Assembly (NCBI RefSeq): GCF_006345805.1
Contig: NC_043007.1
Location: forward strand, 17,422,001 to 17,486,000
Reading direction: 5' to 3'
Source of the DNA: Octopus sinensis
Taxonomy: Eukaryota
Length of the DNA stretch: 64,000 nucleotides
Each line of letters starts with the position of its first letter. Position 1 is the first letter of the stretch. Below the pieces are notes generated by a model. That model made no database searches, was not told the origin of the DNA, and saw only the letters and a list, made by a program, of their open reading frames with translations. The translations under genes were made by a program, and so were the position numbers. Shown here piece after piece: positions 36,421 through 48,760 of this stretch.

Positions 36421-38229
36421 TATATATATATATATATATATAGGGAGAATTAACAAAAGACGAAGACAGGTGGATTGTTTGTACTTATATGTACACAAAC
36501 ACATACAAGCATAGAAGTTTGTTCCCAACCATGTGGTTTCAGGTTCAGTCTCAATGTGTGGTATCTTGAGCAGTTGTCCTCTACTATAGCCCTGGGCCTA
36601 CTAAAGCCTTGTTAGTGGATTTGATTGGTGGAAACTGAAAGAAGCCCATGTGTGTGTGAGAAAGTGAGTGAGTTTGTATCTCCCTCATCTTCACATGTGT
36701 TTGCTGCTTGTAAGCTAAGAGTGTCACATGATGTTTGCTTGTAGTCCACTGTGGAAGAATATCTGGACTTCTTGACAGAATGCACAATCTTTGCGAACAA
36801 AAAGCTCACTAATACCATGTTGTTTGTTTCCTGTTCTCCATGTAAACATGTCCAGGTTGTTTGTTGTTCAGTAGACTGATTGCTACCTTACTTGAAACAG
36901 GTGGATGCTGGTATCAGATATGGCATCCATTCATAGTGAACTCTGCCCCCAATATACTGTCATCCGACAATATATAAAACTATAAAAAGTAGAATTAGAA
37001 TTTTGATTACACACACACACACAAACTGAAGTCAAGTTCCTTTGAAACAGAATTTGTGGAGCATAAAAAATTTATAATTAAAATTCCATTATGATAAGGT
37101 TACCAAAAACAAGTTGTAAGGAAACTTTGTTCTTTGTGCATGTGCTAAAATGTAAATTTTTATTAGCATTTGCTCCATTTCTTTGAAATTCTTCAGAGTG
37201 AGTGGCTGTTAATGAATGACATAGGTAGGCTAATTTCAAGCAGACCTGGTTCTACAGAAACCATGCTTGTCGTTACTGAGAAAAGGAACTGGTATTTCAT
37301 AGCTATTTCCATCATCTTTCAGACGTTTGATATGAGTGGTAGTTGATAGGCACATGGAAATTGCTCTCCTTTTGGATCTAACATTATTGTAGTTAGTTTT
37401 TAATGAGTGCAATAAGTCGTATAAAACGAGGAATATTAACGACATTTTAATTACGCGTTGTCAATCATCTTTATCCAGCCTTGTATTTTTATTCATATAT
37501 TGATCTTCGATCTTCTGTTGATATTCTAATTCCATTCACATCAAGGTTGCTTTATAGGAATATTAAATTGACCTCAGTCTTTGACTAGTGCTTTATTTTA
37601 TTGAGTCTGGAATGGTGAAATCTGAAGTCGACCTCAGAATATAAAGGACCATTACTAAATAGTTTCTGGTGTTTTTGTGAAATGCTCTGAAGATTCTGCC
37701 GATCCACCGCCTCCGTTTATTGATTATTTCCCAATCGATTGGAATTATGTTAATACTGCTTTAAAACAATGTTAGCTGCAAATGGATTAGTGCACAGATG
37801 TTTTGGAATTCAACCCAATCAAATAAGCAAATGACAATTTTTATTTTATGAATAATCAATGTCATTATTTAACCTATTTATTTATTCATGAGAGTTTGGT
37901 ATGTTATACGATGTTGTATTGGAAAGGTGTTGCGTTGTTAGAATAAAAGATGATAATTAGAACCTAGTATATCTATGGTTTATATTAAATTGAACATCTG
38001 TTCTCATTTCACATGACAAAATGAGATCTTTGCACTTTTATCAAAATACACATCAGGTTGTTGCCCCATTGCTTTTTTTGCTCTCCTACTCTGAGTTCTT
38101 TGTCATCATCATCATCATGGCTTTTCCTATGCTTACAATTATTGGACTCTAGAATTGGCTTCAGTGGAATTTGAACTCAAAACGGAGAATAAATATGCAA
38201 AAATTTCTATCTGAAACTATTTTGCCAAA

Positions 38230-38601
38230 GCTGGCCTTCGTGCCGATGGCACGTTAAACACACCATTCGAGCGTGATCGTTACCTGTGTCGCCTTACTAG
38301 CACTTGTGCTGGTGGCATGTGAAAAAAAAAAACATTTGAGCGAGGTCGTTGCCAGTGCCGCTGGACTGGCTCCTGTGCAGGTGGCACGTAAAAAGCACCA
38401 TTTGAGCGTGGCCATTGTCAGTACCACCAAACTGGCACGTAAAAGCACCCACTACACTCTCGGAGTGGTTGGCATTAGGAAGGGCATCCAGCTGTAGAAA
38501 CTCTGCCAGATCAGATTGGAGTCTGGTTCGCCAGACCTCAGTCAAATCATCCAACCCATGCTAGCATGGAAAGCGGACGTTAAAAGATGATGATGATGAT
38601 G
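38230..38601 (+). mobile_element. SINE C
   Basis: Subrepeats plus C tail and (GAT)n. Confidence 0.85.
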
Positions 38602-38875
38602 ACAGAGCTATGTTTATAACACATGTATCATATATATGTGTATGGTGTGTGCATTTATTTACTTTTAATAATTGGAGTGAGGTGGCCTGGAATTTTAGGA
38701 TGGCAACCTAGCTAGTAGGACAACAAATCAACTCATGGGACTGGGTCTGACTGGTCAGACAGTGACCCAAGTGGTAGAACTGCACCTTTATGGTAGCACC
38801 CAATCCACTTGCTGGCCAGTGAACAGGGCGGTGGTAGAAATATGTGTTCATGTACTGAAGTTTAAATTTTTCATT

Positions 38876-39140
38876 AGCCCCCGTGCCGGTGACACGTAAA
38901 AGCACCATCTGTTCGTGGCCGTTTGCCAGCTCTGTCTGGCACCTGTGTGGGTGGCACGTAAAAAGCACCCACTACACTCACGGAGTGGTTGGCGTTAGGA
39001 AGGGCATCCAGCCATAGAAACACTGCCAGATCTGACTGGGCCTGATGAAGCCTTCCAGCTTCACAGACCCCAGTTGAACCGTCCAACCCATGCTAGCATG
39101 GAAAACGGACGCTAAATGATAATGATGATGATGATGATGA
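38876..39140 (+). mobile_element. SINE C
   Basis: Subrepeats plus C tail and (GAT)n. Confidence 0.85.
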
Positions 39141-40157
39141 TAATTGATTATTTGGCTTAGTATGTCTGGTCTGTTAGATATGCAGTATGCAATTGAGGAA
39201 GTCACTTGTCACCAACATCACTGGCTGTAACTAATATGTTACTACTGTCGTACATGAATGAACAGAATATGTTGGTGGTCAAAAGTAGACATGATACTCC
39301 AAATATGCAACTTAGTAGTCCTTATCAAGCAGATCAGTGGTGATGTGATTTTAAGGAGATTTGGTTACTTTCACATGGTGGTTCCTTTGTTGATAACATT
39401 AGATTGTTCAATCGTGGTAATTCAACCTTAGGTTAGTTCTGGTTCAGTAGATCTAAGGTCAAATACTTTCCCCGCCATGACCATTCTGTATTTATAGTTC
39501 AACTAGAACTACATGGCTCAAGGTGTCCTATTTTTAATACTGTAGGGTGTGTAATTTGTAGGAGACTGGACTGCTTTTCAAACAGATTGGACGACCACGT
39601 AGAGCTACCCTCCATGGGTTAAGAGATGTTCAGTTGAATCTAGGACAGTAGTGTAGCTAGTGGGGATGGAGGTGATTGGAGCAGTCTGGGGAGTTAGGTG
39701 GCCAGATGTTAGGAGTGATGTGGTCACAGAAATTGTTTCTACAGCTGGATGCCCTTCCTAATGCCAACCACTCCGAGAGTGTAGTGGATGCTTTTATGTG
39801 CCACCGGCACGGGGCCAGTCAGGCGGTACTGGCAACGACCTCGCTCGAATCTTTTACACATGCCACCGGCAAAGGTGCCAGTAAGGTGATGCTGGTAACG
39901 ATAGACATTCTTCACAATAAAACAATATCACAACAGCTAGAAGTAATAAAGCTGAAGGTGCATGGAGTAATAAGGTCATGGTTTCAATTCCTGGACCAAG
40001 CAATGCATTGTTTCTTGAACAAAGCACTTCATTTTATGTTGCTCTCTTCCACTCAACTGTAAATGAGTTCTAGTAATATCTGGGAAATTAACCCTGCAAT
40101 GGACTAGCATCCTATCCAGGAGGTGAGTTTGTGATCTCAGTCAATTGAATGCCATGG

Positions 40158-40652
40158 GTTCTTCTGCTTGTGTGGCATGGTGCAGAGTCCTGTTGCCAGA
40201 CATGGGGGTCTTCCAGCAGCCACCCTCTTGACCCAGGGCAGCATTACCTCCTCCAGGCACTTGATATAGGCCTCCATGTTGAGTCTGAAGCCATGTGAGA
40301 AGATGAATGGAGGCATAACATTGCCATCACTAGCGATCACTCCAAACACCATGATGTTGACTGGATGTTTGATTTTTATCATTCTCAGTACATGTTTTGG
40401 GGACATGGCAAACCAAAAGTTGTTCTGTGTGTTCACCAGCAGTTCATACTGGAACCTCCAGCATGAATGCCAAGCAGTACAGCATGTTTCCAAATTTCTG
40501 GCTGAATGAATTGCATTATGGTGCTGGTTTTCTCACAGACGGTGCCCAACTGACCCTACTATACTGTGTAGTCAACAAAATCACAAAACAAACAATGCAC
40601 AGGCGTTGAAATTAACAGTCTAAAATGGCGACAATTTACCCATCGCACCCTG
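40158..40652 (-). mobile_element. Internally deleted DD37D (maT/Bmmar1-like) Tc1/mariner remnant
   Basis: Terminus TA|CAGGGTGCGATGGG at 40652; NTQNN...KHPVNIMVFGVIASDG...PPFIF...YIKCLEEVMLPW, then frameshifted VWQQDSAPCH. Confidence 0.75.
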
Positions 40653-40882
40653 TATGTGTTTATATATGTTTGTCTATTAGTCAAGTTTTTAGTTATTTTT
40701 ATCTAAAAAAAAAATATTTTAGCTTCTAACCCTTTGGTTTTGCTGTATCAGTTTCATACCATATGGAAAGGTAACTTTCAAAGTTAATTATCCAATACAA
40801 TTAGTTGTCACTGTCATCTGTTCAAACTGAAGACTATCTCCAATTTGAACTGTTCAAATATACAGCTGCTAGCAATACTCTA

Positions 40883-41046
40883 TCATCATCATCATCATCA
40901 TCATCATCTTCTTCTTCTTCTTTTCCTTCTTCTTCTTTTCCTTCTTCTTCTTCTTATTATTATTATTATTTTTCTTCCTCTTCTTATTTTTGTTCTTATT
41001 TTTCTCCTTCTTTTCCTTTTTCTCCTCCTCCTTCTTCTTCTCCTTC
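40883..41046. repeat. (CAT)n/(CTT)n/(TTA)n low-complexity tract
   Basis: Directly visible. Confidence 0.9.
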
Positions 41047-41437
41047 CATTTGTGAACTTTGTTATTGTTATGTTAACATTTTTTTTCTTTGTATCGATGT
41101 TAACCTTTTCACAGGATTACTTGCAAGTAATGGTTCTTACATATAATATCATTGCACATACATACACTTACATGTATATTATTCCACATAAGAAAAAAAA
41201 AAAAAAACATATAATGGTTACTATATGTAAATATTGCAATTAAACCTTGTTATTAGTGAGTTAACTCACAGTCCATAGTTTTGAATTACCACTTGTGTAA
41301 AAGCTACAGCTGTACATATTATGAGTCTGCAAGTACTCAGGAAGAAACTTCTACATTACAGGCTGATCTTGTGCTACAGCACCCAAGTCTCATTCAACAG
41401 ACAACCTGCTAGCTTTCAAAATAGGTGCCAAAGCATA

Positions 41438-41670
41438 GATCATCATCATCATCATCATCATCATCATCGTTTAACGTCCGCTTTCCATGCTAGAATGGGT
41501 TGGACGATTTGACTGAGGGCTGGCGAACTAGATGGTTGCACCAGGCTTCAATCTTGATCTGGCAGTTTCTACAGCTGGGTGCCCACCCTCACGCCAACCA
41601 CACGACCTCGCTCGAATCTTTTACACATGCCACCGGCAAAGGTGCCAGTAAGGTGATGCTGGTAACGATA
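41438..41670 (-). mobile_element. SINE C; a paralogous fragment lies at 39734-39903
   Basis: (CAT)n plus reverse C tail. Confidence 0.85.
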
Positions 41671-42084
41671 GACATTCTTCACAATAAAACAATATCACAA
41701 CAGCTAGAAATAATAAAGCTGAAGGTGCATGGAGTAGTAAGGTCATGGTTTCAATTCCTGGATCAAGCAATGCATTGTTTCTTGAACAAAGCACTTCATT
41801 TTATGTTGCTCCCTTCCACTCAACTGTAAATGAGTTCCAGTAATATCTGGGAAATTAACCCTGCAATGGACTAGCATCCCATCCAGGGGGTCAGTTTGTG
41901 ATCTCAGTCACTTAAATGCCATGGAAACTGGATTAAGCTCCAGTACTGTGGCTTGTGAAAGACCTAAGAAATAAAAAAGATAAAGCCTACAAAAGAACAT
42001 CTATGTGGTTATTTGCCTTACTGGAAACTGCAGCCAGATCTTCCTCAAATACAGCATACCATCTTTAAAATAAATAATAAAATA

Positions 42085-42592
42085 ATAAATGCGCCCTTTT
42101 AAAGCCTAGCCAGGCTCATTGTCTCGGTTTCCCGGTTTCAATGGCATATGTGTTCCTTGGCTGGATGGGACGCCAGTCCATCGCAGCATCACTCATTTTT
42201 GCCAGCTGAGTGGACTGGAGCAACGTGAAATGAAGTGTTTTGCTCAAGAACACAACGCATCACCCGGTCCAGGAATCGAAACCACAATCTTACGATCATG
42301 ATGTTGACACCCTAACCACTAAGCCACGCACCTCCACAGATAAATGCGCCCTTTTAAAGCCTAGCCAGGCTCATGGGCCCGGTTTCCCAGTTTCTATGGC
42401 GTATGTCTTTCCCAGCTGGACGGGATGCCAGTCCATCGCAGCATCACTCATTTTTGCCAGCTGAATGGACTGGAGCAACGTGAAATGAAGTGTTTTGCTC
42501 AAGAACACAACGCGTCGCCCGGTCCAGGAATCAAAACCACAATCTTACGATAATGATGCTGACACCCTAACCACTAAGCCACTCGCCTCCAC
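42085..42592 (-). mobile_element. Two head-to-tail copies of tRNA-derived SINE E (about 255 bp each)
   Basis: Both have head GTGGAGG..GTGGCTTAGTGGTTAGGG, B box GTTTCGATTCC and tail CCATGAGCCTGGCTAGGCTTTAAAAGGGCGCATTTA. Confidence 0.88.
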
Positions 42593-43747
42593 TTAAAATA
42601 AATAGGCAGTCCTAAATAAATATTTTCAACATCTGAAAATAAGAGTAGATTGTCACTGCTGGAATGTCTTAGAACATAAAGTATGCTTCATTAGAGATGG
42701 CCAGAGGCTAAACAGCTACATCAAAAAAGCCTTGTTTGATTAGCTGTTGTTGCTTATCCTTAAGTCACCTCTGGTCAAGCACAGCTATGATTAAAGACAT
42801 TCCAGCATTCCAACTGTAACCATCACTTTTTAGGGATATCTACTTATACACCCCCCCTTTTTTTTTCTTCTTTAAGACGGTAGTGTAATTTGAGAGAGAC
42901 ATAGCTATTTCTAACAGGTGAGCAACCAGGTAGAGAGACTCTGTCACTACCTTATCCTATAATTATGTTTATGAGCAGAATTCACCTTTTCTTTGCCATA
43001 TAATTATTTCTAATGAGCTTGAAGCTTCTTTCATTAAATATGTCGGCACTTTTTTGTTTCTGAGCCCTGTGAAAGTGTTTACCTGGCTAAACGTGAGTGC
43101 TTTGCAGGTGAGAAAAATTAATGTGTTTTCAAGAGTAAATATTCAAACGTGATGAAGAAGGCCATAATTTTGCAGAAAAATAGTTGTATTTTGTGTATTT
43201 ACTGTTGAATGTGCTTTCAAGAGTAAATATTTAAATTTGATGAAGAAGGCCATAATTTTGCAGAAAAATAATTGCATCTCATGAATTCAGTGTTAATTGT
43301 TCTCTTTTGTAAACATTCAATACACCTTAGTTGTTTAATAACCATGCTTTGCTCATGATAGTTAGGGATGTCATTAATTGATTTGATGGTTTCAACTTCA
43401 ACAATGTCACACCTGGATGTTTTCTTCAAAATAAAAATCAGTAACAAGTGGGCTTCAGGACCACTGGGAGAAGGGTATATTCTGTTGACCTCAGGTCTTT
43501 TCTTATGTATTTGTTGGCCTTGAGAAATCAGTAGCTTTTAGATTGTTTTGTACTTGTTTGTTACCTTTTTTTTAACAATTTATTAAAGTTTTGCTAACAT
43601 TTGTGAATAGGTAAGAAGCTTACCCCACAACCATATGGTTCCAGGTTCTGTCCCACAGTCTAGCACCTTGGAAATAGTGTCTTCCACTATAGCCTCACAC
43701 AAACTAAAGCTTTGTGAGTGGATTTGGTAGACAGAAACTGAAAGAAG

Positions 43748-43978
43748 GTGGCAAGCTGGCAGAAACGTTAGCACGCCAGGCGAAGTGCTTAGCGGTATTT
43801 CATCTGCCGTTACATTCTGAGTTCAAATTCCGCCAAGGTCAACTTTGCCTTTCATCCTTTCGGGGTCGATAAATTAAGTACCAGTTACGCACTGGGATCG
43901 ATGAAATCAACTTAATCTCTTTGCTTGTCCTTGTTTGTTCCCTCTGTGTTTAGCCCCTTGTGGGCAATAAAGAAATAA
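43748..43978 (+). mobile_element. SINE B monomer nested in an old SINE A (about 43600-44220)
   Basis: 13-bp TSD AAACTGAAAGAAG at 43735-43747 and 43979-43991. Confidence 0.9.
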
Positions 43979-44332
43979 AAACTGAAAGAAGCCCATTGTG
44001 TGTGCTTGTCTTTGTATATGTGTCTGTCCCCACCAATGCTTGACAACCGGTGTTGGTTTGTTTACATTCCCATAACATTGCAGTTCCAGTAAAAAGAGAC
44101 CGACGTGATAAGTACCAGGCTTAAAGAAAAATAAGGACTGGGTTCAATTCATTCAACTAAAAGTTCTTGAAGGTGGTGCTGTAGCATGGCCATAGTTTAA
44201 TGTCTGAAACAGATAAACAATGTCTGTATGAAAATTTAACACAATGAGATATAAATATATAGGCGCAAGCATGGCTTTGTGGTAAGAAACTTGCTTCCCA
44301 ACCCTATGGTTCCAGGTTCAGTCCCACTGCAT

Positions 44333-44580
44333 GATATAATCGACTTAATCCCTTTGTCTATCCTTGTTTGTCCTCTCTGTGTTTGGCCCCTTGTGGGTAG
44401 TAAAGAAATAGGTATTTCGTCTGTCTTTACTTTCTGACTTCAAATTCTCTTGAGGTCAACTTTGCCTTTCATACTTTCGGGGTCGATAAATTAAGTATTA
44501 GTTGCGTACTGGTGTTGATGTAATCGGCTGGCCCCTTCCCCACAAAAATGTCGGGCTTTGTGCCTAGAGTAGAAACGAAT
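44333..44580 (+). mobile_element. 5'-truncated SINE B concatemer with alternative tail, joined to a SINE A head (44260-44332)
   Basis: Standard junction GTAAAGAAATAG|GTATTTCGTCTG at about 44400-44423. Confidence 0.8.
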
Positions 44581-45540
44581 ATGTTAGCGCCAATTGTCTT
44601 ATTTAACCCCAGGTTGACTACGATTGAGCAGGCCTGTGATGAGAGGTATTATAATGGCATAGTCATTACATCTTTTTAGAATTACATTGTCTCGTATTAT
44701 TTTAAGATGACAGGATAGAAATCTGAGAGAATTTATTTGCTATTTTTAGCGAGTCGTGTGACCACATAGTGGCACTCTTCTTGACTCATTGTTTTACATG
44801 AATGGCGCCTCTGAGTTATTATTTTTCTAAATTATTTCGCAATAGCCATTGTTGTGAATAACTTAATATTTTTACAATCCACGGGGTGCTGGCAACTCGG
44901 TCTGATAGCTTCTATTTGTGTCTATTATCATCATTTCTAACGAAAGAATAAGCACAAGGACAGATTTATGTTTATGATATTAAAATCTTCGAATTAAAAA
45001 GAAACGGGAGTGTCTAGGAGTTATTTTAGACTCATTTTTATTTCAGCAATCTTTCGGTATTAGTAGGTGACATTCACCCACACACTGATCTCTCGTGACA
45101 TAGGTAAAGAGGCCAGGCTGAAAAGTGGGGGATTTGACATCGTTTGCTTATACAGAAAGATTGTTTTCCATTTATTTTATACCTAATTTGTGAGCAAAAG
45201 CATTTGTGGTTACAGTTGAGCCAATCATTGGCCCACTTAATTTTGAACACACAAATATGTCAAAGGAGTGTTAGTTAAGGTAGCGTATTATCTCGGGTAA
45301 CTTAGTTCACTAAGTAGCGGCGTTTTTGTATTTATGATTGGTGTTAGGCTACTGACATATTAGCGAAAAAAAATGTTTCAACTTCTGAACAGTTCTACTT
45401 CGTCAAACTTCTGGCAGCCGTAAAAGGATTTCCGGTCACATTGTGCTGCAGCCAGCTTTTTTGTCGTAGTGCGATTTTTAGTGCGATTAAAAATGATTTT
45501 TAAGAGTGATAATTTATTCATTCTGTCTCGTTTTTTTATA

Positions 45541-45975
45541 AAATAATAATAATAATGAAATTATTGTATACAGTGCTCAGGTGCACCACAACTTGTCAGA
45601 AAGTGCGTATAAAGTCTGGAAAGCGAACAATGGAGGGGAGAAAATCAGGTGTAGTGTTGGCGAATCTCAGAAAGCATGGAAGTTTTGAAGGATGCAGTGC
45701 TCCGACAACTAACAACTGATGCCGGCAGTTTGTTCCATTCTTCAGCAACTCTTAGCGTGAAAAATGTTTCCGAAAGTCATGGGAGCTATGCTGTTTTCTG
45801 ACTTTGTAAATATATCCATGGGTGTTAGATGGGTGGAGTTTGAAAAGGTGCTCAGAGTTATTGTTTGTAAGATGGTTGATAATTTTATGGGTGTCTGCCA
45901 AGTCAGCTGCCAGACGTCGGAGTTTCAATGTGTCCATGCCCAGGGAAGTAAGGCATTCAGAATATGGCAAATGCT
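45541..45975 (-). mobile_element. 5'-truncated CR1 LINE
   Basis: HLPYSECLTSLGMDTLKLRRL...HSSHDFRKHF; same family as 30816. Confidence 0.9.
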
Positions 45976-46039
45976 GAACTTTTAAATTGTGAGGCTGTAA
46001 ACAAGCAAACACTGGTTATCAAACAGTGGGGGGTGACAA

Positions 46040-46636
46040 ACACATACAGTTTATTTTCAGTACAGTTTAGGTGTTAATTGTACCTGTGGATCTTCCACAC
46101 ACAAACTATTTTCCCTGTAACCCTTCCTGATATTGCTACACCTCTTATGTGTCCATAGCTTACACCAGGTACATCTTTTGAAGTTTCTACCTATGCCTTT
46201 TCTACAGATCGAGCAGGTCCATCTACCTGAAGGGACTTGAGATTTGTTTGCCATCCTACTTACTAAGACTTTGATTTTTGCTAGGTTAACTCTAAAGCCC
46301 TTCAATTTTAGACCTTGCTTCCATACCTAAAACTTCTTTTCTAGCTCTGATAGTAATTCAGCTATAAGAACAAGCTCCTCAGCTTAGAGGAGCTCCCAGG
46401 GGTAACCTGTCTTAAATTCCTCGATTATTGCCTTGGGGACTATGATGAACAAGAGAGGGATGCAGACTGATCCTTGGTGGACCCCTACTTGTACTCTGAA
46501 TTCTTCACTGTACTCATTGCCACTCTCGCCTTACTGACAGCATTCTTATAAATGGCTTGTACAGCTCTCAACAACCACTCGTCTATCCCTGGTTTCCACA
46601 TTGATCACCAGATAAGGGATTGGAGGACCCTGTCAA
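46040..46636 (-). mobile_element. Decayed RTE-like reverse transcriptase fragment with Cys/His finger
   Basis: FRVQVGVHQGS...PWELL*AEEL (YADD position)...GFRVNLAKIKVL...CSICRKG...CTWCKLWTHKRCS. Confidence 0.75.
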
Positions 46637-46749
46637 AGGGATTGTTGTTCAGCCCAGTAGCTATTTGCAATATCAATGAACATATTATTCACTGTTTACT
46701 GTATCAAAAGCAGCAAATTTTGTCTAAGTATGTGGCTGCAAGTACACAT

Positions 46750-46983
46750 TTTTCTTCACTACCCACAAGGGGCTAAACGCAGAGAGGACAAACAAGGACA
46801 GACAAACGGATTAAGTCGATTACATTGACCCCAGTGCATAACTGGTACTTAATTTATCGACCCCGAAAGGATGAAAGGCAAAGTCGACCTCGGCAGAATT
46901 TGAACTCAGAATGTAACAGCAGACGAAATACGGCTACACATTTCGCCTGGCATGCTAACGTTTCTGCCAGCTCGCCACCTTTT
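46750..46983 (-). mobile_element. SINE B monomer
   Basis: 19-bp TSD TGTGGCT(G/C)CAAGTACACAT at 46731-46749 and 46984-47002. Confidence 0.9.
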
Positions 46984-47607
46984 TGTGGCTCCAAGTACAC
47001 ATCATTGCCAAGGCCCAAGTGGAACTATGCTTCTTACATAAGTAGGCCTTCCAGTACTGTATGTATGTATGTGTGTGTGTGTAGAAAACATTCACAAAAG
47101 AAATACTGTCACATCGGACAGTATTATCCCCCCTATCAATTAACTGCCCTATAAAATTAAATATTCTTTCTCTGCATGTGTTGTGAATGTTCAACAAATT
47201 AATTCAATGAAATGTCCGATAAGAGACCAAAGAACGGACTGTTAAATAGCAAGGTTATTCAAACCTGTGTTGTGGAATAAGTCTGTTGTTTACAGGAGAT
47301 AATTCCAACCATGTCCAATCTCTTTTTGTATCATATTTCACTAATGAAATCATTGTTGTGTCTGTATGTGACACTAAGTTTTTATATGACATATATTTAT
47401 CACCCCCATCATCATTATGGAGAAAGGTCCTATGTTACCCCTAAACATATTTGCAAAAACATTAAAAATTTTCCTCAAATTTAACTCTATTGTCAAAGAG
47501 AAATGGAGAGGGAAAATACAATGGATATTTAGGATTTACTATTACAGGTGTGGCTGTGTGGTTAAGGTACTTGCTTCCCCAACCACATGGTTTCAGGTTC
47601 AGTTCCA

Positions 47608-47988
47608 TCATCATCATCATTGTTCGACCGTGGTCGAGACAATGGAATTTACTGTGTTACGCCAGACTTCACGGTCCATCATAGCATTACGGAGGTCCTG
47701 TTGCTGGATGCCTGTATCCCTGGAGATTACATCAGGGTAGGAGAGTGTGCGCCCTCTGGTATTGCGAGTAGATGGCTTCCAGAGGAGAAGAGTAGAAATT
47801 GCCTCGTTTTCAGCTCTACAGCAATGTCCAGCAAACTGGACTCTCTTACCTTTCACGAGAGATGACACAGGTGGTAGTTTCCCATATATTTGTACTTTGG
47901 TTGGATGACGCTTCCACGGGAGATTTTGAGCTCTCATAAGGAGGCGAGTGTAAGTTACATCCAACCGCCTCTCAAGCTTCTTTGACAA
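47608..47988 (-). mobile_element. 5'-truncated RTE LINE (same family as 2895-3452) inserted in the B box of a SINE A-like element
   Basis: 8-bp TSD CAGTTCCA at 47600-47607 and 47989-47996. Confidence 0.9.
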
Positions 47989-48344
47989 CAGTTCCACTGT
48001 GTGGCACCATGGGCAAGTGTTGTCTTGCTGACAAAAACCTTTTGAGTTGATTTGGTAAATGGAACTGTAAAGAAGCCTGTCATGTGTATGTGTGTGTATT
48101 GTGTATGTGTGTGTATTGTGTATGTGTGTGTATTGTGTGTGTATTGTATGTGTGTGTGCATGAGTTGATGTCTCCTTGTCTTGATGTCACATAACAGTCA
48201 CTGTGATTAGTGATTTCTTTCATTTCCAGTCTTCCGTGAAAACATTTTTCTTTTCTATGCCTTTAACCCTCCAACACGGATTATAGGCAACTTATAGTTG
48301 AATTCCATGTTGCATAATTTTTGGCTTCTGTACTTATACTCTGC

Positions 48345-48760
48345 AGATCTTTGCGGTTTGAACGGCAGTTTTTTCTAGCAGTGTCATATGAAATTGTCAC
48401 CCATAATTATGACCCTAGTATCGATCTATTGCATTTCAATCTCTTTTAGGGTTAGGGTTAGGGGTGGGAGAAGGGTACCTTTTTTTCTTCAGAAATGTAA
48501 ATAAACCCAATGTGTTTCTTAAACAAGGGACATTTTCATACGGCACAGAATGTTTTCATCTCAATAGACATCATTGATTGGTTGAAATTTCAGAAATTGA
48601 AGAAAAACAACAACAAATATCTTACAAACTATAGAATTTTCTCAATAAAGCCAAGAGAAAAAGATGTTTTATAAACACATTCTACCAGTATACGAAGTTT
48701 GAAAGTGTTTAGTTACATGGAAATTATTTTTAAAAACTGCCGTTCAAACCGAAAAGATCC
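48345..48760. mobile_element. MITE with TIRs of about 29 bp and an 8-bp TSD (Merlin- or hAT-type), inserted in a decayed RTE fragment
   Basis: AGATCTTTGCGGTTTGAACGGCAGTTTTT / AAAAACTGCCGTTCAAACCGAAAAGATCC; TSD TACTCTGC at 48337-48344 and 48761-48768. Confidence 0.88.

Noticed and set aside
39040-39066. CTGATGA followed by a hairpin
   Set aside because: A mutated SINE C segment (other copies read CTGGTGCAGCC) with no GAAA or stem I. The same applies to CTGATGA at 9222 inside the LINE ORF1.
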